Positions 1 through 11,444 of a stretch of 64,000 nt of DNA are shown here, piece after piece. Source of the stretch: an uncultured delta proteobacterium. Its GTDB lineage: Bacteria > Desulfobacterota > Syntrophobacteria > Syntrophobacterales > Syntrophobacteraceae. The DNA lies in contig CAWEHK010000010.1 of assembly GCA_963808625.1 (NCBI GenBank), positions 18,664 through 82,663 on the forward strand, given 5' to 3'. The notes under the pieces were generated by a model. That model was not told the DNA's origin, searched no databases, and worked only from the letters and a program-made list of their open reading frames with translations. The position numbers and the translations under genes are program-made. Numbering within the stretch: position 1 is the first letter of the stretch; the number at the start of each line of letters is the position of its first letter.

Positions 1-783
1 CATCCATGGGGCCGTCATTCTCGCAGCGATGTTATCGATCAGCAATTCGAGTAAGAATGCAGCCAGCGCAATCAAGATACCCACCCAGAGAGGATTCGTC
101 CAGAACAGGGCGACAATCCCCAGCACCAACACAATTTCATACCATTCAGCCAACTGGTAGAGAGCGTAGTACGGACCAGAGAATTCCGTGGTCACCCCCT
201 TTACGATTTCCTGATGCGCATGATGCGAAGTCGATATGTCAAAAGGCGATTTGCGCATCTTTATTGTTAGAACATACAGAACGGCAATGAACAAGGGCCA
301 CAGACTATAAATCAAGGGCCTTGACTGGTTGAAAATCTCGCTGATGAGAAAGGTCCCATTCTGGGCGTAGATCCCAATCGCCAGAAGCAGCAGTACGGGC
401 TCATACGCCATGATCTGGAGCAGCTCCCGGTTTGCTCCAAAATGAGAATAGGGAGATTTCGTGCTGAATCCACCCAGCACCAGCGCAACACCGGCAAATC
501 CGAGGAGAAAAACCAGGACCAGAAAATCCGACTGGAAGACCAGGCAAAGCAGACTGGCTACCATGAAAACCAGATACGCATAAATCCACACAAATTGCAG
601 CCGACTGACGGCGATACGTTCTTTCCCAATCAGCTTAAAGAAATCGTAGAACGGCTGCAAAATAGGAGGACCATAGCGACCCTGCAGGCGAGCAGTGATT
701 CTCCGGTCGATCCCGAAGAGCAAGCCTCCGATAATGGGCGCAACAACGATTGTAACAATCAAGAGAAACAATTGTTTCATCAT
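1..783 (-). CDS. echB: Ech-type hydrogenase membrane subunit B (NuoH/complex I subunit 1 family), 3' end runs off window
   Basis: Manual translation of minus strand from ATG at 783: MMKQLFLLIVTIVVAPIIGGLLFGIDRRITARLQGRYGPPILQPFYDFFKL..., the NuoH/EchB motif; ATGA overlap with echA stop. Confidence 0.85.
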   Translation of the reverse strand, partial: MMKQLFLLIVTIVVAPIIGGLLFGIDRRITARLQGRYGPPILQPFYDFFKLIGKERIAVSRLQFVWIYAYLVFMVASLLCLVFQSDFLVLVFLLGFAGVALVLGGFSTKSPYSHFGANRELLQIMAYEPVLLLLAIGIYAQNGTFLISEIFNQSRPLIYSLWPLFIAVLYVLTIKMRKSPFDISTSHHAHQEIVKGVTTEFSGPYYALYQLAEWYEIVLVLGIVALFWTNPLWVGILIALAAFLLELLIDNIAARMTAPWM

Positions 784-2735
784 TTCAGAATCACCCCGCA
801 TCCAATCATGATCACCAGAAGTAAGATAGCTATTGTATTTACAACAGGATTCAAGGTCTTTTCACCCAGACTATCCTGGAAATAATAGCCGCCAAGAATG
901 ACTTTTGTCTTTGTATCGGCTTCTGCCAAATATTCATCCGCATCCATGGCGCCGGACTGCTCACCGCACATGTATACCGGGCGCAATTCGGTAGGCTTCA
1001 GCCCGACAAAGATGAGAGGCAAGAGAACCGCGATACCAAAGACCGCGTACAAAGCCCATACCGGGAAGTACCCTAAAAGCCCCTTAACGGTTACGGATGT
1101 ACCTGATAGGGACATGTTGTCCCAGCCTGAAGCGAAAATCTGGGTGCCGGAGATGACGTTATGCGCCGCGGAGGCAACAAAGTTCTGATAAATTGGCGCA
1201 ACCCCGATGCCGACGACGAAAATCCCCACCAGAAGAGTCCACAGCGGAACCGAGTAGCTCAGCGAAAGCTTTTCGAAAGGCCATCCCAATTTTGGCAGGA
1301 CCTGCAGGAGCCGTCCCAACCATTTGGTCCAGAAGACAATCGTCATGGTGCTTGCCAGAACAAACAGGACGGCCGCCAGGGGAATTCGGTAAGCGGCTTC
1401 GAGAGCGATCCATTTGCCCAGGAGCATACCGAAAGGAGGAAGGAACATGGAGAGGATGCCCAGGGCCGTAATAAGGGTAGTGAGCGGCGCTTTGGCGGCA
1501 AGGCCTTCCATGTCTTCGATATCTCGGCTCCAGATCAGGTGCTCGATGGTGCCGGCGCAGAGGAAGAGCATACCTTTGGAGATCGCGTGGAAGATAATGA
1601 GCAGGATGGCCGCGGCAATCGAGAGTGGCGTGTTGATTCCGGCACAGGCGATGATCAAGCCCAGGTTGGCGATGGTCGAGTAAGCAAGCACGCGCTTGCC
1701 CGTTGACTGACTGATGGCCAGGGCTGAGGTGCCGAAGAAGGTAAAGGCGCCGACAATGGCAACGGCCGTGCTCACATAGGTCCCGGCAAAAGCGGGAGCA
1801 AGCCTGAGCACGAGATAAACGCCGGCTTTGACCATGGTGCTCGAATGGAGCAACGCGGAGACCGGTGTGGGTGCCACCATGGCTCCCAGAAGCCAGGACT
1901 GGAACGGCATCTGGGCGGCTTTGGTACAGCCGGTATAGCAGAGCAGCGCCACCGGCAGCAGCAGAAGCGTACTCTGAAGAGTCCCGCCAATGATATTCTG
2001 CATGGACAGGGCGGCCGCGCCTCCCTGGGTGACATACAGATAAATGATCGCAATAATAAACGCCGTGCCACCCGTGGAGTTCATCCACAGAGCCCGCGCC
2101 GCGTTCTTTATGGCGATTTCTGTCTTATCGTGGGAGATCAGCATGAAGGAGCACATGGTGGTGACTTCCCAGAAGAAGTACAACCAGACCAAATTGTTGG
2201 CGAAAACGAGACCGTTCATGGCCCCGAGGAACAAAACCAGCCAGAAAAGGAACCTGGACTGTCTGGATTTTTCCACATGAGCATGATGTTCATGATCATA
2301 CATGTAGCGCAATGCATAGATACAGATAAGCGAGCCTACAATGGAAATAACGAGGCACATGATGATCGCCAGGTTATCGACAACAAAAGCCGGAGCGACC
2401 TCAACATGGGCTTTCATCACGAATTCGAAGTATGCGAGCGGAATCAACTGAGTGATCGCGAATATGAGCACCAGCCAATTCTTTAATGAAAAGCCCAAGT
2501 AAAGGTAAAAAATCAGGATGGCGTAATCAAGCACTTCTATTACCAAACCCCAGTTAAACCCGGTCGGGGTGTAGGTAAATGGACCTTTTACTACAAAAAG
2601 GATACTGTTAGCAATCAAGGTTAGCGCTGTTACGACAACAACGACATTCCGCGCATAGTAGTCGCGAACAAGAAATATGACAAGTCCCGCTAGTAGTGGT
2701 AGCAAGATGGCAACCGCCATCATCCCATCAGTCAT
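780..2735 (-). CDS. echA: Ech-type hydrogenase subunit A (NuoL/MrpA-like proton-translocating subunit)
   Basis: 651 aa, very hydrophobic; FFWEVTT, KAAQMPFQSWLLGAMVAPTPVSALLHSSTMVKAGVY, LAYSTIANLG motifs; adjacent to echB. Confidence 0.85.
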   Translation of the reverse strand: MTDGMMAVAILLPLLAGLVIFLVRDYYARNVVVVVTALTLIANSILFVVKGPFTYTPTGFNWGLVIEVLDYAILIFYLYLGFSLKNWLVLIFAITQLIPLAYFEFVMKAHVEVAPAFVVDNLAIIMCLVISIVGSLICIYALRYMYDHEHHAHVEKSRQSRFLFWLVLFLGAMNGLVFANNLVWLYFFWEVTTMCSFMLISHDKTEIAIKNAARALWMNSTGGTAFIIAIIYLYVTQGGAAALSMQNIIGGTLQSTLLLLPVALLCYTGCTKAAQMPFQSWLLGAMVAPTPVSALLHSSTMVKAGVYLVLRLAPAFAGTYVSTAVAIVGAFTFFGTSALAISQSTGKRVLAYSTIANLGLIIACAGINTPLSIAAAILLIIFHAISKGMLFLCAGTIEHLIWSRDIEDMEGLAAKAPLTTLITALGILSMFLPPFGMLLGKWIALEAAYRIPLAAVLFVLASTMTIVFWTKWLGRLLQVLPKLGWPFEKLSLSYSVPLWTLLVGIFVVGIGVAPIYQNFVASAAHNVISGTQIFASGWDNMSLSGTSVTVKGLLGYFPVWALYAVFGIAVLLPLIFVGLKPTELRPVYMCGEQSGAMDADEYLAEADTKTKVILGGYYFQDSLGEKTLNPVVNTIAILLLVIMIGCGVILK

Positions 2736-3377
2736 CTGCCTATCTCCTTAAAATGAATTTGCCTGCCCGGAATAATTCTTCGTCAATCAAAAAAGCGTCC
2801 TATATAATCAATCACCTCCTTTATGGGACCAACACATCTCCTCAAAGCTCAGTGGGGAGAATGCCTAAAACCCTTGCAGGATGTGTCTTTCAAATTACTT
2901 CACCTGGTGGATTTGGGCGGAGAGAATTGCTGCGAAATCACCTTACCATCACCACTCTCCATGATTTTCATAACTTCAAGTGCGATGCCAAGTCAAGCAA
3001 AAAGTTTCACAGACTCAGAAATGCGGCGGGTGGTATCCCTCAACCCCTGCCGGGCCGCAGGAAGGACCGGAGGCGGCTGAGATTTATGGAAAAAGTGGCT
3101 CGGTAAAACAAACAAGGGCGCCCCGCCACGGTCCGCAGGCGGACACCCAAAAGCCAGTGAGGATAACGCGTTATGTGAACAAATTCTCACAGAACAACCC
3201 AAAACCGGCGTTTGCCTCTGGTGCAGCAAAACGCCGTCACTTCATGCAACTACCTCTTAATCCGAATCATAACCAACCGCTCACCAGGCGTATCAGCCAC
3301 CAGCATCGCCCAGAGCGCCAGGTGAAGATTTCCAATAACCCAGATCGGGATGGAAAGCGAAGATTTTTTGAGCAAGC

Positions 3378-5282
3378 CTATATTTCGATTTGAACCCCAA
3401 GCTCGACCACACGACCAGGCGGGATACCAAAGTAATCGATTGCACTGCGAGAGTTTCGAGACAGGAACGCAAATAACGCCTTTCGCCAGCGCAGGAACTT
3501 TGACTTGCCGGTGGTAATAAGGGTCTCCCGTCCCAGATAATAACTAATGGGATAGAGACTGGGGATGATGCCGGCTTCCAAAGCCTTCTGCATGATCTGC
3601 GGCACATTGGGGGTTTCCATGAACCCATAATAGGCCAGCACCCGATGGAACCCTTCTCCCAGTTCCTCAAACTTCACCCGTTCGCTATCGTCCACCGAAG
3701 GAAAATCCATCACCTGAATGGTCAAAAGCAGCACCCTCTCGTGCAAAACCTGATTGTGCTTGAAATGATGCAAGAGGGAAGGAGGAATAAATTTCGACGA
3801 TGACGCCATAAAGACCGCCGTGCCCGAAACGCGGTGCACACCATGGCCGGCCACGTCTTTCAGGAACGTCTCAATGGGGATGAGGGAGCTGATCAGGCGT
3901 TGATAAAGTGCTGCCCGTCCATCCTTCCAGGTGGTCATGATCAGGACGATGAGCGCCGCCACGGCCAGGGGAAACCAACCGCCATCAAAGAATTTGAGCA
4001 GATTTGACCCAAAATACATGGTGTCGAAAATGAGGAACAGACCTACCAGGGGGACCGTCTTACGCAACGACCATCCCCAGGTCCTTGTGGCGACAAAAAA
4101 ATAGACCACCGAGGTAATTCCCATATTGGCCGTGACCGCGACCCCGTAGGCGCCGGCAAGCCCGCTGGATGCTTTGAAGACCAGCACCAGACCGATACAA
4201 ACGATCATCATCATCCAATTCACTTCCGGGATGTAGATCTGTCCTTCCGTGGTCTCAGACGTGTGGACGATGGTGACCCGCGGGCAATATCCCAACTGCA
4301 CCACCTGCCGGGTCAGGGAGAAGGCACCCGAAATCATCGCCTGAGACGCGATTACCGTGGCGATCGTCGAAAGGCCCACCATGGGATAGAGCAGCGACTT
4401 GGGAACCAAACCGTAGAAGGGATTGACGGCAAGGTCCGGACGTTCGAGAAGCAGCGCACCCTGCCCGAAGTAATTCAGGATGAGGGCCGGAAAAACGAGA
4501 GAAAACCACGAGATGCGGATGGGATTGCGACCGAAATGGCCCATGTCCGCATAGAGCGCTTCTCCCCCCGTGATGCAAAGCACCACCGAACCAAGCACCA
4601 CCAGGCCATGCACATGATGCTCGGCAAAGAAACGGAACGCATAAACCGGATTGAAAGCAAACAGAATGTGCGGATTCTGCAGGATATGCATCACTCCCAA
4701 CGCGGAAAGGGTCGCGAACCAGATCATCATAATCGGGCCGAAGACCCTGCCGATCCCCGCCGTTCCATGACGCTGGACCAGAAAGAGCAGGAAGAGAATC
4801 GTGCAGGTAAGCGGCACGATAAAGCTTTGCGCCGCACTGGTCGCCACCTCTAACCCTTCAACGGCAGACAGCACACTGATTGCCGGGGTGATGAACCCAT
4901 CACCGTAAAGCAACGCAGCCCCCGTCAGGGCAGCAAAAACCACGATACCGCGAGCCCGCTTAGACCCCAGTTTCTCAGCGGATGGCACCAGGGCGAGCAA
5001 GGCAAAGATGCCGCCTTCACCGCGATTGTCGGCACGCATCATGAACGTGATATACTTGATGCTCACCACAATCGTGAGCGACCAGGCAACCAGCGACATA
5101 ACGCCCAGGATGTTGGCCGCATTTGGCTCTACCGCATGGGTCCCATGGAAGCATTCTTTAATGGTGTAAAGAGGGCTGGTGCCAATATCGCCGTAGACCA
5201 CGCCCAGAGCTCCCAGCGCAAGCCCCAGGAAACGCGACTTTGAAGTTGGCGTCCGTTCTTTTTGCATGAGGTAACCATTCAA
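3378..5282 (-). CDS. kup: Potassium uptake protein Kup
   Basis: LGALGVVYGDIGTSPLY, ADNRGEGGIFAL, GGEALYADMGHFG, GQIYIPEVNW, VELGVQIEI signature motifs. Confidence 0.97.
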   Translation of the reverse strand: MNGYLMQKERTPTSKSRFLGLALGALGVVYGDIGTSPLYTIKECFHGTHAVEPNAANILGVMSLVAWSLTIVVSIKYITFMMRADNRGEGGIFALLALVPSAEKLGSKRARGIVVFAALTGAALLYGDGFITPAISVLSAVEGLEVATSAAQSFIVPLTCTILFLLFLVQRHGTAGIGRVFGPIMMIWFATLSALGVMHILQNPHILFAFNPVYAFRFFAEHHVHGLVVLGSVVLCITGGEALYADMGHFGRNPIRISWFSLVFPALILNYFGQGALLLERPDLAVNPFYGLVPKSLLYPMVGLSTIATVIASQAMISGAFSLTRQVVQLGYCPRVTIVHTSETTEGQIYIPEVNWMMMIVCIGLVLVFKASSGLAGAYGVAVTANMGITSVVYFFVATRTWGWSLRKTVPLVGLFLIFDTMYFGSNLLKFFDGGWFPLAVAALIVLIMTTWKDGRAALYQRLISSLIPIETFLKDVAGHGVHRVSGTAVFMASSSKFIPPSLLHHFKHNQVLHERVLLLTIQVMDFPSVDDSERVKFEELGEGFHRVLAYYGFMETPNVPQIMQKALEAGIIPSLYPISYYLGRETLITTGKSKFLRWRKALFAFLSRNSRSAIDYFGIPPGRVVELGVQIEI

Positions 5283-5563
5283 TTCGTTCTAAAAAGTCAT
5301 TCCGACTTTCATGCCAGGCCCTTATAGCAGAAACACTGGAACTTTAAACCTTTAAATGAAAACCATCTAATAACCTTGACCATTTCCACCCAAGCACATA
5401 ACCTTTTAAAGGCTGGCCGCAAATTAACTGAGAACAAGAAGAAGAAATAGTGCCGAGCGCGGCGCCTTAGGTGTTCCGTGAAGGCGCCCTTGGCTGAACT
5501 CCGATTCATCAGACCAACCATGTCATCACCTGGCATGATGGCATGTGGAAAAGTGAGAAATCA

Positions 5564-6897
5564 ATGGCAATCGTAGCGATCGTTGGCAGACCAAACGTTG
5601 GCAAGTCCACTCTCTTCAACCGTATGAGCCGGAGAAACCAGGCTCTGGTCGGAGACCTTCCGGGCATTACCCGCGACCGCAACTACGCGCAGATCAACTG
5701 GGAGGAAAAAACCTTCACCATCGTCGATACGGGCGGGTACGTCTCGCTGGAGAGCTCAGGCATGGAGGACCTGACACGGGAACAAATTTTGATCGCCCTT
5801 GAGGAAGCCGACATCATTGTCTTCGTTGCGGATGGCAAAACCGGATTGCACCCGGAGGATTCCTTTCTGGTCGATCTCCTGCGCCGCACCTCCAAACCGA
5901 TTTTCTTTGCCGTAAACAAGATCGACGGTCCGGAACAGAGGCGAAACATCCCTGAATTCTATGAGCTGGGGCTTGATAACATTTATCCGATCAGTGCCGC
6001 CCATGGTCTTGGGGTGGGGGAAATCCTGACGGACGTGGCGGATGCGATTCCGGAGACGGTCCAAGATGCGGGGGACGATACCGGTGCGGAGGAAATACGG
6101 GTGGCGATAGTGGGTCGTCCCAACGTAGGAAAATCAACCCTTGTCAACCATCTGCTGGGAGCGCAACGGGTCATCGTCAGCCCCAGTCCCGGCACCACTC
6201 GCGATTCCGTGGACTCCTGCTCGAACACAGGGGACACCGCTACATGCTGATCGATACCGCGGGCATACGCCGGAAAGGCAGGACCCGTGAGAGGCTGGAA
6301 AAAATCAGCGTCCTCAGGGCCCTGCAAAGTGTCGACCGGAGCCATGTGAGCATCATTCTGCTCGATGCGACGGAGGGGGTTGCCGACCAGGACCTTCATA
6401 TTGCGGGATATATCCAGGAGCGCTACCGCGCGTGCATCATCGGCATCAATAAATGGGATGCCGTGGAGAAGGACGGCAAACAGACGGCGCGCTTTCTGGA
6501 GGAAGTCCGGGATCGCTTCCGGGCTTTTCCATTCGCGCCCATCCTTACCTTCTCCGCCCTGAGTGGCAAGCGTGCAGCCAGAATCATTCCGACCGTCCGC
6601 GAAGTTTTTCAGCAATACAGCCAACGGATCACCACCGGCATCCTTAATCGCGGCCTGGAGCAGGCCTTACAGCATCACGAACCGCCGGTGGTAAGAGGAC
6701 GCAGGCTCAAATTCTATTATGCCACCCAGGCCTCGACCAGACCCCCAACCTTCGTCCTGTTCTGCAACTATCCGGACTCGATTCACTTTTCCTACGAGCG
6801 TTACCTGACAAATCAGTTCCGCGAAGCCTTCGGCCTCGGTAAAACCCCGATTCGTCTTGTCTTCCGCGGACGCGAGGGGAGAGAAAAAGGCGATTAA
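5564..6897 (+). CDS. der: Ribosome biogenesis GTPase Der (EngA); frameshift near 6220
   Basis: Two GRPNVGKS P-loops, DTGG/DTAG, NKID/NKWD, C-terminal KH-like domain (YERYLTNQFREAF); split across ORFs 5543-6250 and 6244-6897. Confidence 0.95.
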
Positions 6898-7076
6898 GAA
6901 ACTGTCCAGAAACAACTCGCACACATTTCAGCCTCATTTCTAAACACGAAGAAATCACTTCGTGTCGCTTTGTGCTCTTCGTGTTCTTCGTGTTCTTCGT
7001 GGTAAAAGAAGGCCTCTTATTTTTGGAAGTCCCCCAAGTACAGTGCGTCAGAATGAACCGTCCATTATCCCATGAC

Positions 7077-7152
7077 GTCATTCCCGCATTTGGGCGGGAA
7101 TCCAGATGCCTTTGACTCTCTGGACCCCCGCCAGGAGCATGCGAGGGTGACA
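7077..7152. repeat. REP-like palindromic doublet (GTCATTCCCGC...GCGGGAATCCAG family)
   Basis: GTCATTCCCGCATTTGGGCGGGAATCCAG plus a partner palindrome; related copies near 8152, 11551, 27336, 30841 and 52849-53024; lies between convergent genes. Confidence 0.75.
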
Positions 7153-7187
7153 TCCGGAGGACCCATTCAGAAACGTTCTGAGGGAGC

Positions 7188-8018
7188 TCAGGTATCCACC
7201 TTCCCTGCCAGCCCGGCAAGAAGCCGGATGAAGGATTCCGCCTCTTCTTCGCGCCCCCGTTTCCTGCACCCACCGCTGTAAATACGGCACTTCTTTCTCA
7301 GGGCTTGCAGCGCAGCCTCCCGCTGGCTGGGAGAGAGAGTTTCCCGCTCCAACAGTTTTGCCAGGGCCTGGATGCGGTAACGGTCCAAGGCCGGGATGGT
7401 GTTGGAAAGCTGATCAGCATGGCCGCCGCGTTTGATGGTCAAGGCTTCATCGACAAGCCCGACAGGATAGCGACAGCCGATCCGCAGCCACAGGTCATAG
7501 TCTTCACAGGCGGGAAGGGATTCATCGAAGAGCCCCACGGCCTCGAACACTTCACGGTGGATGACTACCGCCGAGGGGCTGATCAGACAGCGCTCAAGGA
7601 GTCGCGAAAAAACATAGCCGCGCGGTTTCTTATGATATTTTTTGGGATTCAGTTTACGCCCGTTTCTCATCCAGATTTCTTCGGTCTGGCAGATTCTGAA
7701 CTGGGGATGCCTGCTCAGGAAGTCAAGCTGCATCCGGAGCTTTTGGGGCAGCCAGAGATCATCGGAATCCAGGAATGCCAGCCATTCGCCCACAGCGGCT
7801 CGAATTCCGGTGTTTCGTGCCGAGCTTACCCCGGTGTGGGGCTGCTGAATGGCGCGGATGGCCAGTCCAAAACCGGCAAGGGCCGCCGCCGTATCGTCCA
7901 CCGAGCCGTCATCCACAACAATCACCTCGAAGGCGGCGTCTTGCTGGGCGAGGACGGAGGCGATCGCCTCCCTTACCAAGTGGCTGCGATTGTAGGTGGG
8001 AATGATGACGCTTACCAT
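7188..8018 (-). CDS. Glycosyltransferase family 2
   Basis: VSVIIPTYNR, VVDDGS, ARNTGI, FLDSDD, EDYDLWLR motifs. Confidence 0.95.
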   Translation of the reverse strand: MVSVIIPTYNRSHLVREAIASVLAQQDAAFEVIVVDDGSVDDTAAALAGFGLAIRAIQQPHTGVSSARNTGIRAAVGEWLAFLDSDDLWLPQKLRMQLDFLSRHPQFRICQTEEIWMRNGRKLNPKKYHKKPRGYVFSRLLERCLISPSAVVIHREVFEAVGLFDESLPACEDYDLWLRIGCRYPVGLVDEALTIKRGGHADQLSNTIPALDRYRIQALAKLLERETLSPSQREAALQALRKKCRIYSGGCRKRGREEEAESFIRLLAGLAGKVDT

Positions 8019-8045
8019 GACCGGCTCAAAAGTAGTCCCGAGTTA

Positions 8046-8094
8046 TGAGTCCTGAGTGCTGAGTCCTGAGTGCTGAGTGCTGAGTGCTGAGTCC
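8046..8094. repeat. Heptamer tandem repeat (TGAGTSC)x7
   Basis: TGAGTCC/TGAGTGC, seven consecutive units read directly. Confidence 0.95.
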
Positions 8095-8257
8095 CGAAAA
8101 GCGCTGCTAGCTGTGTATCGCACCACACAATTAAGTGTCCCTTTGTAACATCGTCATTCTCGCGAAGGCAGGAACTCGGACACTCATTTCGGTACAGCTG
8201 TACCGGGTCTCATTAGTTAGTTTCCATTCGGAAGCTCCGCAGATTTGGAATTAGACC

Positions 8258-8336
8258 GTAGGGGAGGGGTTCATCCCCTCCCGACATGCGCTGAATTCAT
8301 TGCCAATTTCGGGAGGACATAAAATCCGCCCCTACG
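8258..8336. repeat. GTAG-type REP doublet
   Basis: GTAGGGGAGGGGTTCATCCCCTCCCG ... CGGGAGGACATAAAATCCGCCCCTAC in inverted arrangement. Confidence 0.65.
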
Positions 8337-8409
8337 TTCGTCTGATTCGAGCAATGGGTTTCCGGATGAATACCAGTTATGGTTGGAGAGTGCCCCTCGG
8401 ACATGACGG

Positions 8410-10152
8410 TTACCCGCTGAATCCGAGCCACAGCATGGCCGCGGCGCCATAGCCGATCAAGACCGACTCGATCAGCGTCTCATAAAGAGGATCTTCTTTC
8501 AAACGCCTCTTGCGATACATCCGAAGCTGCCACCCATAGGCCGCCGCCACCGGAAACAATGCGTAGGCAAAGCTTGAACTGAGCCCCCCCAGGGGCCCGA
8601 CGACCGCGGAAAACAACAGCAATGCCAGCATCCAGGTAAGGAAATGCGTCGTTCGCCTTTCTCCGAGCAGGACCACCAGGGTTTCTCTCCCCACGAGGCG
8701 GTCGCCACGCACCGCCATGAGATCCAGCAGCGCCGTGCGCACCAGGACGACCAGGAACACAACCCAAAAAGCGTACGCCATCTGAACGTAGGAATAGTGC
8801 AAAGCCGGTATCAGGGGTGCTATGGCCGTAACACATGCCCAGGCAACGGGGATGGAAAACGTCTTCGAGGTTGGAATATCCTTGATCTTCAGAGCCGACA
8901 GCTTCCGCCACCTGGCAGGCAGGATCCCCGGCACAGCATAAATAAGGCCAAGGAGGATCAAAACGACGAGGAGACAAAATGTCATGAAACCAATAGAGAC
9001 AGCAATCCCGAGAGAGATCGCCAACGCCGCCACACTGGTTCTGGTAAAGGCTGATCGCCAGCGATGGTAGAAGGCAGCCCGTCCGGGATCATTCAATTGG
9101 ATCGCATTGCGATCCAGGTAGATATTCAACGAGTGCATGGCAAACGCATACGAAGCAGCCATGGCGCTTTCCGCCAGGGAGCCGGGAAGCTTCATCAGGG
9201 CGTGCACGGCAACAGAAAGCAGCGCCGCTCCCAGGGCAACGTAGGCATTTGCATAAGCGAGCATTTCCAGGATTCGCTTGAGTTTGACCCGCAAACCGGA
9301 GGATTCGGGTTGGATAGACTCCAAAAACTGGACCACATTCCGGATGATCCAGTTGGGGGTTGACGCTCCCGCCGATACTCCCACCGAGGAATAACGGGCC
9401 ATCTCCTGCTGGTTCAAGTCCGCTTCCGTTTCCACATAATAGGTGGGGACTCCGCACTCGCGGCCAATTTCCGCCAGCCGCAGCGTATTGCCGCTGTGGT
9501 ACCCGCCCACCACTACCATCGCCTCAACCTGGGAACACAACTGCCGGACCTCGGCCTGCCGCTGATGGGTCGAGTCGCAGATCGTGTTCTTGACCACGCC
9601 ATGAGGGTAGCGTTTGAGAAATTGCTCCTGAATTTCGGCGAAGATCTCTTCGTTCTGAGTGGTTTGAGCAACCAGCAAAACCTTCTCCCAATCCTCGGGA
9701 AGGTCGCTTATCTGCTCCGGTCGATTGACGACTCTGCCCCGGCCTCCCGTGTATCCGAGCAAACCGATGACTTCGGCATGGTCCGCATCCCCGACAATGA
9801 CCGTGTAAAAGCCGTGGCGGGCATGTCTTTTGATCACCGCGTGAACCCTTGCTACGCGTTTACAGGTGGCATCCAGGAGGGTGGCGTTGATGCCGCGCAG
9901 CCGCTGCCGCTCATGGGGTGGAATCCCATGAGCACGAATCACCACTCTTTTCCCGCTGCAGTTTTCTAAATCGTTTTCCTCGCGGATTCCTTTCTCTTCG
10001 AGCATGGCCAGGACCTGCCGGTTGTGAATGAGGGGGCCGAAGGTACAGATCCTTTCCCCCTCCTGGCGCTTCTGAATGGCCTCAAGAGTAATCTCCAGGG
10101 CATCCTTCACCCCTTTGCAGAACCCCGCGGTTTTAGCCACGAAGACTTTCAT
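8410..10152 (-). CDS. ispH: 4-hydroxy-3-methylbut-2-enyl diphosphate reductase fused to C-terminal UbiA-like prenyltransferase domain
   Basis: AGFCKGV, LIHN, RAHG, DATC, TICDST, SGNT, SAGASTP in residues 1-280; then a multi-TM domain with GDRLVGRETL (UbiA-like). Confidence 0.9.
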   Translation of the reverse strand: MKVFVAKTAGFCKGVKDALEITLEAIQKRQEGERICTFGPLIHNRQVLAMLEEKGIREENDLENCSGKRVVIRAHGIPPHERQRLRGINATLLDATCKRVARVHAVIKRHARHGFYTVIVGDADHAEVIGLLGYTGGRGRVVNRPEQISDLPEDWEKVLLVAQTTQNEEIFAEIQEQFLKRYPHGVVKNTICDSTHQRQAEVRQLCSQVEAMVVVGGYHSGNTLRLAEIGRECGVPTYYVETEADLNQQEMARYSSVGVSAGASTPNWIIRNVVQFLESIQPESSGLRVKLKRILEMLAYANAYVALGAALLSVAVHALMKLPGSLAESAMAASYAFAMHSLNIYLDRNAIQLNDPGRAAFYHRWRSAFTRTSVAALAISLGIAVSIGFMTFCLLVVLILLGLIYAVPGILPARWRKLSALKIKDIPTSKTFSIPVAWACVTAIAPLIPALHYSYVQMAYAFWVVFLVVLVRTALLDLMAVRGDRLVGRETLVVLLGERRTTHFLTWMLALLLFSAVVGPLGGLSSSFAYALFPVAAAYGWQLRMYRKRRLKEDPLYETLIESVLIGYGAAAMLWLGFSG

Positions 10153-10184
10153 CGTGTATGCTCACCTTTTGAAAAGAACCATTA

Positions 10185-10334
10185 CTCACCGCAGAGACGC
10201 AGAGAGCAAAGCAAAATCCTACAGAATTCCTGGAAATCGCAGGTTAGGAAGAGGGACGCAACAAGAATTCTCTGCACTGCTACGTGCAATTTAATTTCTT
10301 GTTTCCTCTGCGACCTCTGCGTCTCTGCGGTGAG
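10185..10334. repeat. Perfect 20-bp inverted repeat pair in the ispH/mqnB divergent intergenic region
   Basis: CTCACCGCAGAGACGCAGAG (10185-10204) and its exact reverse complement (10315-10334). Confidence 0.9.
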
Positions 10335-10451
10335 ACATTATGTTTCCCACCTGCACGGGTATAGCAGGTTCATTGTGACTTGACAATCGGGCGTCAGACG
10401 TTCAGAAACGTTCTGAACATTGCCGCGGGCAACTGGTGAAGGAAACGCTGC

Positions 10452-11373
10452 ATGGAGTCGATGGCCGGAGTCGATGTCGCCATTCTGGGGGCCGTTCCCC
10501 AGGAGATCATGGCCTTATCCGAACTTTTGGAAACCTGCCGGGTATTCTCGTTTCGGCGCCAAACCATCTGGGTTGGAAAGCTGGCACACCTTTCCGTGCT
10601 CATGGGAACAACAGGGCTCGGGAAAGTCAACGCTGCCATCACGACCGCCTCCCTCCTGGAGCGCTTTGCGGTTGCCCAGGTCTGGAACGTCGGTTGTGCC
10701 GGGGCCTATCCCGAAGGCCCGCTCCGGGTCGGCGATGTGCTCGTGACCAAGGTGGCCCTGTGCGGGGACGAAGGGGTCATAACGCAAGAGGGCGTCCAGT
10801 CGGTTTCCGAGATTGGGATTCCGCTTGTGGTCGACAAGGGCGTGGCATTCTTCGATCGTTTTCCCCCTCACTGGGATGAGAACCTGGAGGCAATCATCAA
10901 CCGGACCCCGCCGGGGTATTACCGGCAAGCAAGAGGCCCCCGGCCGGAACGCGCTGTTTTGCATGCCGCAGAGGACGGGACCGGCTTCCGCAGACGCGAC
11001 GACACACTGGACCACCCAATCGATGAGCTAAAGGCTCCCTCAGGACCCTCGCCACGTTCCGGGGAGGCGGAAGCAGACCTTTTCCGCCTGGTGCAAGGCC
11101 CGAGCCTTACCGTCGGTATGGCAAGCGGTGACCCGGAAGTGGCGAGTGAGCGCTTTCGGCGCTCACGGCGCCTATGCCGAGAACCTGGAAGGCAGCGCGG
11201 TTGCCCAGGCCTGCCTCCGTTTCCAGGTCCCGATGGTGGAGTGTCGTGGGATGAGCAACGTGGCGGGGATCCGCGCGAAAGAAACCTGGCAACTGGAAAA
11301 GAGCGTTGCTCATTGTCACGGTATCGTTATAAACTGGCTCGAAACCTTACAGTCGCTTATTGTTAATGGTTAG
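10452..11373 (+). CDS. mqnB: Futalosine hydrolase (purine nucleoside phosphorylase fold); frameshift near 11160
   Basis: TGLGKVNAA, NVGCAGAY, GDEG, then in second frame AENLEGSAVAQAC...ECRGMSNVAG; immediately followed by the mqnD start. Confidence 0.8.
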
Positions 11374-11444
11374 TCGTTAATCGATCCCTGCCCCCCAACC
11401 CCGCCGCCGCGGGGATGAGGAGTTCCGGCGACAGACGGGAGAAT

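Noticed and set aside
5283..5560. c-di-AMP (ydaO) riboswitch upstream of kup
   Set aside because: Could not find the conserved ydaO elements on the kup strand; an Rfam scan would settle it
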